Shown here piece after piece: positions 35,642 to 43,584 of a DNA stretch of 47,665 nucleotides; the stretch's first letter is position 1, and every line of letters starts with the position of its first letter. Source of the stretch: Deltaproteobacteria bacterium. Its GTDB lineage: Bacteria > Myxococcota_A > SURF-8. Made by a program: the position numbers and the translations under genes. Under the pieces are notes generated by a model. It had not been told where the DNA came from. It saw only the letters and a program-made list of their open reading frames with translations, and searched no databases. The stretch covers positions 1-47,665 of the forward strand of contig JAKQSH010000367.1 of assembly GCA_029570245.1 (NCBI GenBank), written 5' to 3'.

Positions 35642-36865
35642 ATGGAGGGTAACGTGATCGAAGGTTGGTTCAGGGCAAAGGACGGCACTTCGCTGTATTA
35701 CAAAGTCGAAGGCGAAGGAATTCCCATTGTGCTTTCCGACGGCATCGGCTGCGACGGTTACGCCTGGGCGCATTTTCTGCCGTTCTTCAGAGACAGATTC
35801 AAAATCGTACACTGGCATTATCGCGGTCACGGACGCAGCGAAATGCCGCACGACATGGAATATGTTTCAATTCCCGATATCTGCGAAGACATGAATTGCC
35901 TCTTCGAGGAACTCAAGCTGGAGCCGGCAATAATCGTCGGGCATTCCATGGGCGTCCAGGTGGTGCTTGAATTCTGGCACATGTTCCCCGAAAAAGTGCG
36001 CGCCATAATTCCGGTGCACGGCAGCTACGGTCATCCGCTCGACACTTTCCACGATAACAGAATTCTGGCGACGCTTTTCCCGTATCTTAAAAAATTCGCC
36101 ATCGAACATAAGGCGGCGGCGCAGAAGTTCTGGGAAGCCATAGTGCCGACCAAACTGGCGATGCTGGTTGCAACCACCTTCGAGGTCAACGGGCGGCTCA
36201 TCAACGAAGACGAATTCTGGCCTTACTTCGAGCACATCGGATACGTTGACGTGGAACTGTTTGTGCGCATGCTCGAAAAGGCGCAGAACCACGACGCGCA
36301 GCACTTTCTTAAAGACATCAACGTGCCGGTGCTTATTATCGGCGGCGAAAAGGACACCTTTACGCCCGGCTGGCTGGCGCGCAAAATGGCGCGCATGATT
36401 CCGGGCGCGCAACTTATGATGATTCCCACCGGCAGCCATACCGGCATGATGGAAATTCCAGAACTCTTCCTGCTGCGCGTGGAAAAATTCCTGGAGAAGA
36501 AAGTTCTCTCAGCCTCAGCGCCTGTCAAGCCCCCTGTAAAAACAGCGGTTTCTGAAGCTGCCGAACCCGTCAAAGCCGTAATTCCGACTGATAAACCGGC
36601 AGAAAAGAAAAAGCCCTCAACGGCGAAGAAACCGGCAGCAGCCCCCAGGAAAGCCGCCGCAGTCGCACCGGCACCTGCACCCGCGAAAACGCCCGCACCC
36701 GCAGAGGCGAAAAAAACGGCGGCGAAAAAAGCCGCACCGACCGCAAAGAAACCGGCTTCCACCGCAAAAAAAGCGCCTGCGGAATCAAAAGCGGTGGCAG
36801 CAGAGAAAACAGCGCAGAAGAAAACCGCCGCAAAAAAGACGGCGGCGAAAAAAGCAGCTAAATAA
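35642..36865 (+). CDS. Alpha/beta-fold hydrolase fused to a roughly 115-aa lysine/alanine/proline-rich histone-H1-like (PhaF/PhaM/AlgP-like) tail
   Basis: HG-type oxyanion region IVLSDGIGCDGYAW, nucleophile elbow GHSMGV, and a late ...GSHTGMME His. From about 36510 the sequence reads KPPVKTAV...AEKKKPSTAKKPAAAPRKAAA...AKKTAAKKAAPTAKKPASTAKKAP...KKTAAKKTAAKKAAK. Confidence 0.75.
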   Translation: MEGNVIEGWFRAKDGTSLYYKVEGEGIPIVLSDGIGCDGYAWAHFLPFFRDRFKIVHWHYRGHGRSEMPHDMEYVSIPDICEDMNCLFEELKLEPAIIVGHSMGVQVVLEFWHMFPEKVRAIIPVHGSYGHPLDTFHDNRILATLFPYLKKFAIEHKAAAQKFWEAIVPTKLAMLVATTFEVNGRLINEDEFWPYFEHIGYVDVELFVRMLEKAQNHDAQHFLKDINVPVLIIGGEKDTFTPGWLARKMARMIPGAQLMMIPTGSHTGMMEIPELFLLRVEKFLEKKVLSASAPVKPPVKTAVSEAAEPVKAVIPTDKPAEKKKPSTAKKPAAAPRKAAAVAPAPAPAKTPAPAEAKKTAAKKAAPTAKKPASTAKKAPAESKAVAAEKTAQKKTAAKKTAAKKAAK

Positions 36866-36892
36866 ACATTATTTCTCAGCCACGTAAAAAAT

Positions 36893-37915
36893 TCACCGCA
36901 GCAGTTTTCTGATTGTGCGGGTTGGAACAAAGCGCCTGCCGATGATTTCGATGAAGCGCCGCAGATCGCGCCTGTACAAGGCATGGTTGTAGAAGCAGCG
37001 GTAAAAGCAGGTGCAGTCTGGCGGAACCAGGCGCGCCACTTCGCGCTGCATGACATCATAATTGCGTACATGAGCGGCGTTTACATCCGAAGCCGGGCGG
37101 TCGTGGCAGGGCTGAACCCGCCCGTCCGGCGCCACCGTAAAATAACCGTCGGCGGCGTAGCAGGGCATGCGGAAACGTCCGCGCGCGAACTCCAGCATGT
37201 CGTCTAAAAAGCGGTCACTTTCCGAAACGCGACAACCGGCCCGGCGCAGACGTTTCAGCTCTTCCGTAACCGCTTCAAGCCGGGCGAAATCTTCCTCTCC
37301 TGCAAAAGTCAGTTCTGGATGATGCCCGCGATACTCGAAGTTTTCTTCAGGTGCGGCGGTGTGCACCATGGAGAATGTAACGTCGATGCCGGCTTCATCG
37401 GCCATGCGCACTATGCGCGGCGCTTCCTCAACGTTGAGACGCGTCAGCGTTACAATGGCTTCGGTTGAGAATCCGTATTTGCGGGAGGCGCGTTTAATCA
37501 GCTCCAGGCGTCCGAAAGCGTCCTTGCGGCTGGGTCCGGCGCCGTCGATGAGATCGAAGGAGAATGTCAGAAAATCGAGCCTGCGCAGAGTTTCGAGCCG
37601 GGCTTCGTCAAGCAGCAGACCGTTGGTGATTACGGAAGTCACCGCACGCGGCGAAGCGTAATTGACGAGTTCCGCCAGGCCGTCATACAAAAGCGGCTCG
37701 CCGCCGGTGAAGACAAAGGCGCGATGCCCGCCCGAAATAAAAAGGTCGATAACGCGTTTCCATTCCGCCGCAGTCAGTTCTTTTTCGGGGGCTTTGCGAA
37801 TGACCTGACAGTAGTCGCATTGCAGATTGCAGCGACGCGTGAGCATCAACCCCACGCCGGTCAGTTTGTGCGTAAAAACCATACTGCCGAATTTTATGAG
37901 GCGCGAGATTTTCAT
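36893..37915 (-). CDS. Radical SAM protein (with a C-terminal Cys-containing twitch/SPASM-like region), function unknown
   Basis: LTRRCNLQCDYCQV (CxxxCxxC), FTGGEPLL, and C-terminal ...MPCYAADGYFTVAPDGRVQPCHD...PPDCTCFYRCFYN. The start overlaps the stop of the upstream methyltransferase by 4 nt. Confidence 0.75.
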   Translation of the reverse strand: MKISRLIKFGSMVFTHKLTGVGLMLTRRCNLQCDYCQVIRKAPEKELTAAEWKRVIDLFISGGHRAFVFTGGEPLLYDGLAELVNYASPRAVTSVITNGLLLDEARLETLRRLDFLTFSFDLIDGAGPSRKDAFGRLELIKRASRKYGFSTEAIVTLTRLNVEEAPRIVRMADEAGIDVTFSMVHTAAPEENFEYRGHHPELTFAGEEDFARLEAVTEELKRLRRAGCRVSESDRFLDDMLEFARGRFRMPCYAADGYFTVAPDGRVQPCHDRPASDVNAAHVRNYDVMQREVARLVPPDCTCFYRCFYNHALYRRDLRRFIEIIGRRFVPTRTIRKLLR

Positions 37916-38571
37916 CTGACTACGCCGATCTTGCGATTTCGCAGCACCAGCGCATATTTGGGTCCGCCCGCCCCTATGAATTCGGGCAGGTACTTTACGT
38001 CAAGAGCAGCCATTTCAAGCGGCAGAGGCAGGCGCAGCACATACGCCGCCTCGCAGCGCCATCCGGCGCGTTCAGCTTCGGCCCGCAGTGTTTTAAGCGT
38101 AATCGCTCTTACGCGTTCGCCTTCAAGCAGCGATTGTGCGGCAAACCAGGGTATAACCGCCGGACAGTATGGATTCGCTTCAAAAATCACCGCCATCCCG
38201 CCGGGCCGTACTATGCGCGAAAATTCCTCAAGCGTCTGAACGCGCGCCGGGCTTTCGTAATGGTGAAACAACGAAAAAGCCGTCACGGCGTCGAATTCGT
38301 CGTCGGAAAAAACCAGCCGCACCGGATCGCCGGGCGGAGGCTGCAGAATCCAGTCAACTCCGGCAAGTCTGCGCTCACGGGCCTTCCGCAGATTGCTTTC
38401 AAGCAGATCGGAAGCCGCCAGTCTGCCGAAGTGACCGGCCAGCTCGCATTCGGCGCGCCCGTCCATGCAGCCGATGTCGGCCAGCGCCAGATGTTCAGGT
38501 GTGCCGAGATGCTTTTTCAGCACCTTCAGCAGCAGCCCGGTCTGGATTTTCCACAACCTGTCGAACAGCAT
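37912..38571 (-). CDS. Class I SAM-dependent methyltransferase
   Basis: ATG 38571 (MLFDRLWK) has the strong SD AGGAAGGA 6 nt upstream. The track ORF extends to 38763. Motif I is LADIGCMDG, with post-motifs FDAVTAFSLFHH and RIVRPGGMAVIFE. Confidence 0.75.
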   Translation of the reverse strand: MLFDRLWKIQTGLLLKVLKKHLGTPEHLALADIGCMDGRAECELAGHFGRLAASDLLESNLRKARERRLAGVDWILQPPPGDPVRLVFSDDEFDAVTAFSLFHHYESPARVQTLEEFSRIVRPGGMAVIFEANPYCPAVIPWFAAQSLLEGERVRAITLKTLRAEAERAGWRCEAAYVLRLPLPLEMAALDVKYLPEFIGAGGPKYALVLRNRKIGVVR

Positions 38572-38844
38572 TGATATCCTTCCTGATGTTGCTCTGAAAA
38601 TTCTAACCCAGTCCGGCTCATACACACAAAATATATGAATATTTTCCATTTCGGCTTCTGACAGTGGCATAATACGCACACAGAGTCGCGGTTTATCCTG
38701 AAGGAGAAAACTGCGGGAACGATGAACAATAATGATTCGACAGTGGGGGAGTAGGAACGGCAAGGTATCGGCATTGCCGTGCGGACAACGAAGGCGGCAG
38801 AAGTCCTTCTGGCGGATTCTGTGAATTCGTGGTAATAATAGAAA

Positions 38845-40245
38845 ATGTTTAAAAAAGAACAGCTATGGAAGAGGATACTGTTTCTGGGCGATTTTCTGAT
38901 CGTGGCCCTTTCGGTTTATATCGCCCTTATTCTGCGTTTTTCCTTCGACCCCTACCAGTGGTTCAGCAGCGCCTTCGATCCTTTCAGGGTCTTCACCGGC
39001 GCTTCCACAATTTCCATTGCGGTGGTCATGCTGGTTTTTTCGCTTACTGAAATGTACCGCATCGACGTTAACCTGAACCGATTGAAGCAGATAATACGAC
39101 TTATGATGGCGCTTCTGGCTTCGATGATAATTCTGTCTTTCGTGTTCTACTGGATTCCGCATTATCGCCTCCTGCGGCTGGGTCAGATTTACATGTTCGT
39201 CTCGATGTTCGTGGTGCTGGCCGCCTGGCGTTACCAGTTTTTCACACGCGTGTTTCCGCGTCTGCCGCGCAAGCGTGTACTCATAGTCGGCGCAGGTGAC
39301 AGCGGACGGATGATGATGGACGCCTTCAACACGCATCGCGACTCGCTTTACGAACCGGTCTGTTTTCTTGACGACAATCCGCAGCTGCACGGAGAAGAAA
39401 TAAGCGGGCTCAAGGTCCTGGGCGATTCCGACAAATTGGAATCATGCATCGACAGCCTGAACATCGACACAATAGTGGTGGCGGTGAAGGACAAAATCGG
39501 AGAGAAGCTCACCCGCAACCTGTTGAACTGCAAAATCAAGGGAAAACACATTGTAGACGCCTCCAGCGTTTACAGGGAAATTTCCGGCAAAATCCCGATT
39601 CTGCACATGCAGGATCAGTGGTTCATTTTCGGCCCCAGTTTTCAGCTGGCCGCCAACGTATGGACGCGACGTTTCCAGCGCGTTTTCGACATCTGCGTCA
39701 GTGTCTTCATGCTGTTGCTGTGCGCACCCCTCATGCTGCTGGCTTATCTGGCCGTCAGGCTTTCGTCTCCCGGCCCCGCAATTTTCAAACAGGAACGCGT
39801 CGGTCTGAACGAAAAACCCTACATGCTGTACAAGTTCAGAACCATGGTGCAGGACGCAGAAAAAAACACCGGAGCCGTATGGGCGCAACAGAACGACCCG
39901 CGCGTTACCGGATTAGGGCGCTTTCTGCGCCGCAGCCGCATCGACGAGCTTCCGCAGCTGTGGAATGTGCTTAAAGGCGACATGAGTTTCATCGGTCCGC
40001 GTCCCGAAAGGGCAGAGTTCGTCGAAAAACTCAAGCTGCGCATTCCGTATTATTCGCTGCGCTTCATTATGAAACCCGGCCTGACCGGCTGGGCGCAGGT
40101 TAATTACCGTTACGGCGCCAGCGAGGAAGACGCGCTGGAAAAACTGAGATACGAACTTTACTACCTTCAGGAAATGTCTATTTTCCTGAACCTGATAATA
40201 ATGGTGCGCACCGTTCAGACTGTGCTGTTTCATCGTGGGTCGTAA
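38845..40245 (+). CDS. Polyprenyl (undecaprenyl)-phosphate glycosylphosphotransferase, the initiating sugar transferase for exopolysaccharide or O-antigen (WbaP/EpsB-like)
   Basis: N-terminal TM helices and a Rossmann-like RVLIVGAGDSG. C-terminal bacterial sugar-transferase domain: PAIFKQERVGLNEKPYMLYKFRTM, DPRVTGLGRFLRRSRIDELPQLWNVLKGDMSFIGPRPER. Confidence 0.85.
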   Translation: MFKKEQLWKRILFLGDFLIVALSVYIALILRFSFDPYQWFSSAFDPFRVFTGASTISIAVVMLVFSLTEMYRIDVNLNRLKQIIRLMMALLASMIILSFVFYWIPHYRLLRLGQIYMFVSMFVVLAAWRYQFFTRVFPRLPRKRVLIVGAGDSGRMMMDAFNTHRDSLYEPVCFLDDNPQLHGEEISGLKVLGDSDKLESCIDSLNIDTIVVAVKDKIGEKLTRNLLNCKIKGKHIVDASSVYREISGKIPILHMQDQWFIFGPSFQLAANVWTRRFQRVFDICVSVFMLLLCAPLMLLAYLAVRLSSPGPAIFKQERVGLNEKPYMLYKFRTMVQDAEKNTGAVWAQQNDPRVTGLGRFLRRSRIDELPQLWNVLKGDMSFIGPRPERAEFVEKLKLRIPYYSLRFIMKPGLTGWAQVNYRYGASEEDALEKLRYELYYLQEMSIFLNLIIMVRTVQTVLFHRGS

Positions 40246-40319
40246 TGCATCGGTTGACAGATGACCCTCAAATGTGTTATTGAGCCGGTTCAGGGCGAAT
40301 ATGAAAGCAGGAAACACTG

Positions 40320-40907
40320 ATGGAAAATTCCACGCAGATAATCATAAAAAGATATGCCAACCGCAAACTCTACGATACCAGTCGCAGCCGTTACGTCACG
40401 CTTGAGGAAATCTCTCAGATGGTGCACGACGGGCACGACGTGAAAATACTCGACCATAAATCCAAAAAAGACATCACTTCCATTACGCTGGCGCAGATCA
40501 TCTTCGAAAAAGAAAAGAAGCAGCGCATACTGCCGTCTTCAACGCTTATCGACACCATACGCTCCGGCGGCGAAGCCATTTCGGGCTTCATCCAGAAAAC
40601 CGTCAAGTTCGGCAGACTCAAGGAAGATGTTGAGAAAACCAGCGAAACATTCGAGCGGCTCCTGAGTTCCAAGGTAATTTCCCGTGACGAATGGGTAAAA
40701 CTGCTGCACGATCTTTACGACGCCAGCTTCCAGAATCTTGAATCCCTGCAGAAAAGAGTGGACGAGAAAATCAAGTCCGCCGCCGGACAGGTTTCCAACC
40801 TGGGACTGATGCGCCGCGAAGTGGACGCCATTAAAGCCCAGGTGGCGCTGCTTGAAGAAAAAATAGATTCCCTCGAAAAAACGATCAGAGAAAACAGCCC
40901 GGAATAA
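40320..40907 (+). CDS. phaR: PhaR-type polyhydroxyalkanoate synthesis regulator
   Basis: IIKRYANRKLYDTSRSRYVTLEEISQMVHDGHDVKILDHKSKKDITSITLAQIIFEKE matches the PHB/PHA accumulation regulator DNA-binding domain. The C-terminus is coiled-coil. Confidence 0.8.
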   Translation: MENSTQIIIKRYANRKLYDTSRSRYVTLEEISQMVHDGHDVKILDHKSKKDITSITLAQIIFEKEKKQRILPSSTLIDTIRSGGEAISGFIQKTVKFGRLKEDVEKTSETFERLLSSKVISRDEWVKLLHDLYDASFQNLESLQKRVDEKIKSAAGQVSNLGLMRREVDAIKAQVALLEEKIDSLEKTIRENSPE

Positions 40908-40922
40908 TCAAATCTCACGCTC

Positions 40923-41549
40923 TCAGTCGCTTTCGATACTTTCGAGCAGCTGCGGCAGTTCGGCCAGACTGTTGATGTGCCAGTCTCCACCGCAGTGACG
41001 GTCAGGCCCGACGATTACGCAGCGGATTCCGCCGTTCCGCGCCGTCATTACATCGAATTCCGAATCCCCAACCAGAACGCATTCCCGCGCTTCCACCGCC
41101 AGACGATCCAGAATGGTTTCCACCACAATCGGGTAGGGCTTGGGCCAGGCCAGCGTGCGGGCATGAACGACATATTCGAAATACTGCGCCAGACCGAAAT
41201 GCTCCAGCACTGCAGGCGTGGAGTCGCCGCGATTGGTGGCGATGGCCAGCCGGTAACGCCCGGCGCACCATGCAACGGCCTCGGCGGCGTAGGGTTTCAA
41301 CTCCAGGTGGTTCAGATGCCCGCCCATGTCGTAAACTTCTTCCTTGAATTTGCGGGCCAGTTCGCGCTTGGCCGGATCGGGAATGAGTTTCTCCAGAATG
41401 CCTTTTTCGGAGCCGGTGTAAAAATACTCCTGCTTATCGACAGGAAAAGGTTCGTCTATGTATTCGAAAAGACGGCGGAAGAAAATCAGTATGGCGTCGG
41501 CGGAGGAAATCAGCGTTTCATCCAGATCGAAAATAACGGCTTTGAGCAT
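40923..41549 (-). CDS. HAD-superfamily phosphatase (phosphoglycolate phosphatase-like)
   Basis: ATG 41549 has SD AAAGGA; the track ORF extends to 41627. Motif I is AVIFDLDETL, motif II is IATNR, and motif III is KPYP....VGDSEFDVMTARNGG. Confidence 0.8.
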   Translation of the reverse strand: MLKAVIFDLDETLISSADAILIFFRRLFEYIDEPFPVDKQEYFYTGSEKGILEKLIPDPAKRELARKFKEEVYDMGGHLNHLELKPYAAEAVAWCAGRYRLAIATNRGDSTPAVLEHFGLAQYFEYVVHARTLAWPKPYPIVVETILDRLAVEARECVLVGDSEFDVMTARNGGIRCVIVGPDRHCGGDWHINSLAELPQLLESIESD

Positions 41550-41650
41550 ATGGCGTCCTTTCACTGCGAGTGCGGCTCGCGCGGAAATCTTAATGGTCTG
41601 TTTAACAGATTTGACTGATTGTGGCAAATATGGACTGAGCAGAATAAATA

Positions 41651-41680
41651 TTCGACATATATTTATGGCAAAGCTATAAT
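41651..41680 (+). promoter_or_regulatory. Sigma70-type promoter candidate P1 upstream of the Abi locus
   Basis: TTCGAC (41651-41656), 18-nt spacer, TATAAT (41675-41680). The module is an imperfect direct repeat of P2 (AAATATT..AC / GGCAA.GC / TATA.T at an offset of 54-60 nt). Confidence 0.4.
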
Positions 41681-41712
41681 CAAAAAAAGATGTGAGAGAA
41701 AATATTTTACAC

Positions 41713-41740
41713 TTGACAGAGGCAATGCAACAGCTATACT
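41713..41740 (+). promoter_or_regulatory. Near-consensus sigma70-type promoter P2 driving the small RNA and the Abi gene
   Basis: TTGACA (41713-41718), 16-nt spacer, TATACT (41735-41740). Confidence 0.6.
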
Positions 41741-41746
41741 TAAATA

Positions 41747-41808
41747 CAGCATAGTCGCCAAGCCTCTATTCCTTCGGGAACACGCTCAAATGTGGCGGCT
41801 TTTTTTTT
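41747..41808 (+). ncRNA. Candidate structured small RNA of about 60 nt ending in a U9 run, immediately 5' of the Abi_2/HEPN gene (putative type III antitoxin-like or attenuator RNA)
   Basis: The outer 8-bp stem pairs AGTCGCCA (41753-41760) with TGGCGGCT (41793-41800). It encloses a UUCC-UUCG-GGAA hairpin (cUUCGg tetraloop, about 41770-41781) and is followed by T9 (41800-41808). The TSS is inferred from P2 only. Confidence 0.45.
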
Positions 41809-41818
41809 GGGATTTGAC

Positions 41819-42733
41819 GTGAACGGCAGACTCGCTTATACAAAACCAGCTCTGACAACAGAGGCACAGGCCGAATTACTGCTGAGAAGAGGTCTGGTGG
41901 CAGACCGCAGCATTCTGATTGAACGTCTTTCACACGTCAACTATTACAGATTGAGCGCCTACTGGTATCCGTTCAAATTGCAGGATGACAATTTCAAGGA
42001 AGGCACATCCTTCGAACAGATATGGCGGCGTTACACTTTCGACAGACAGATACGTCTTCTTTTGATGGATGTGATTGAGAGAATTGAAGTTTCCGTAAGA
42101 ACCATCATGGTAAATGTGTTTGCACTGAAATTCGGGGCTTTCGGTCATCTGGAAGCCGCTAATTTTTCATCAGAACGAACTGGTGAAAATAATGACAGGC
42201 ATACCAAATTCCTGGAAAAACTCAGAGAAGAAGCAAAACGCAGTCAGGATGAATTCATAAGGCATTCCAGGATGACTTACTGCAAATGGCCCGATCTTCC
42301 TTTGTGGAAAGCCGCAGAAATAATGAGTTTTGGTAACATGTTCACCATGTTCAGAATGCTCGAACATAACCTGAAGAAAGAAATATCTTCAAGATATGAT
42401 CTTCCAGCTGTTGTTTTTGAAAGCTGGCTCGATTCTCTGAATTATATCCGCAATGTCTGTGCCCATCACGGCAGGCTCTGGAACAGAATTCTGGCTATAA
42501 AACCTAAAATACCTAACAGGAAGAATCGACCGGATTTTCATCATCCAATCAGTCTGGAAAATAACCGGATTTTCTCTCTGCTTACTGCATCAAAATACAT
42601 GCTTGATATCATAGCCCATCAAAGCAAATGGAAAAACAGGCTTATTTGCCTGCTGGAAGAGTATCCAGACATACCGATTAATGAAATGGGATTTCCTGAA
42701 AGATGGGAACAGATTCCGATCTGGATCGTATGA
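41819..42733 (+). CDS. Abi_2 family (AbiD/AbiF-like) abortive-infection protein with a HEPN R-x4-H motif
   Basis: YTKPALTTEAQAELLLRRGL...VNYYRLSAYWYPF... is the typical Abi_2 N-terminus. The HEPN motif is RNVCAH (R at 42449-42451, H at 42464-42466) in LNYIRNVCAHHGRLWNR. The track ORF starts at GTG 41792 inside the U-run, so GTG 41819 (or TTG 41807) is preferred. The start is uncertain. Confidence 0.8.
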   Translation: MNGRLAYTKPALTTEAQAELLLRRGLVADRSILIERLSHVNYYRLSAYWYPFKLQDDNFKEGTSFEQIWRRYTFDRQIRLLLMDVIERIEVSVRTIMVNVFALKFGAFGHLEAANFSSERTGENNDRHTKFLEKLREEAKRSQDEFIRHSRMTYCKWPDLPLWKAAEIMSFGNMFTMFRMLEHNLKKEISSRYDLPAVVFESWLDSLNYIRNVCAHHGRLWNRILAIKPKIPNRKNRPDFHHPISLENNRIFSLLTASKYMLDIIAHQSKWKNRLICLLEEYPDIPINEMGFPERWEQIPIWIV

Positions 42734-42755
42734 TTATTTTCCTACACGTCTATTT

Positions 42756-43538
42756 CTACACGTCCCGGCCCTGAAGCAGTTTGCGAAGTTTATCGACGGC
42801 CTGTTTGTGCAGCTGCGAAATGCGCGACTCGGAAAGGTCCAGCACCTGCCCGATTTCCTTGTAGTTGAGTTCCGAGTAATAATAAAGCGACAGCACCAGA
42901 TACAGCTTTTCCGGCAGTTCACGCAGAACAGTCGTCAGCTGTTCTATTATCGACTCCTGTTCGAGACGTTGGAAGGGTTCGCTGTGCTCCTCTGACGAAT
43001 AGTAATAATTGCGGGCGCGGTCTTCTCCGATATTCTGCTGAAAGTCCTCAAGGTCAAGAAAAACGTACTGCTGCGTTTCGTTCAGCAGTTCGTGAAGTTC
43101 ATCAATGCTGCACGCCAGACGTTCTGAAAGCTCCTCTTCGGTGGGCGGTCTGCCGTTTTCTGCTTCGATGGCTCGCGCGGCGTCCTCGATGCGGTTGGCC
43201 CGTTTGCGGTTCGAGCGCGAAAGCACGTCGTAGCTGCGCAATTCGTCAATGATCGCTCCGCGCACGCGCAGTTCGAGGTAGCGCCGGAAGCTTTTTCCGC
43301 GCGAGGGGTCGTATTTTTCGACGGCGTCCATCAGACCCAGAACGCCGGTAGAAACAAGATCGTCCAGAGCTATGCTGGAAGGCAGGCGGTTGTGAATGTG
43401 CAGGGCGATGCGTTTGACCTGCGGCAGATGATCGACTATGAGACGCTCACGGTAAGCGCGATCAGAGCGCTTGAGAGGTATTTCAAGGTCTTCCTTTTCG
43501 ACCTCGAATTCTTTTATGATGTCGTTTGCGTCTTCCAC
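42756..43538 (-). CDS. fliA: Flagellar sigma factor FliA (sigma-28)
   Basis: Region 2 is DDLVSTGVLGLMDAVEKYDPSRGKSFRRYLELRVRGAIIDELR. Region 4 is LSLYYYSELNYKEIGQVLDLSESRISQLHKQAVDKLR. GTG 43538 with AGGGA 6 nt upstream is preferred. The track ORF start (43634) would overlap flhG by 50 nt. Confidence 0.85.
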   Translation of the reverse strand: MEDANDIIKEFEVEKEDLEIPLKRSDRAYRERLIVDHLPQVKRIALHIHNRLPSSIALDDLVSTGVLGLMDAVEKYDPSRGKSFRRYLELRVRGAIIDELRSYDVLSRSNRKRANRIEDAARAIEAENGRPPTEEELSERLACSIDELHELLNETQQYVFLDLEDFQQNIGEDRARNYYYSSEEHSEPFQRLEQESIIEQLTTVLRELPEKLYLVLSLYYYSELNYKEIGQVLDLSESRISQLHKQAVDKLRKLLQGRDV

Positions 43539-43584
43539 TTCAATTCCCTTTGAAGACGGTTGTTTATACGGAAAGTGTCCGGCG

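Noticed and set aside
32488-37915. The two radical SAM genes as the missing [FeFe]-hydrogenase maturases HydE/HydG
   Set aside because: One has a SPASM-type C-terminal domain and a maturase-like N-terminus. The other is coupled to a methyltransferase. Neither shows the HydG C-terminal CxxCx22C region or HydE/biotin-synthase-like features. No HydF GTPase is nearby, and both genes are on the opposite strand outside the terminated hyd operon.
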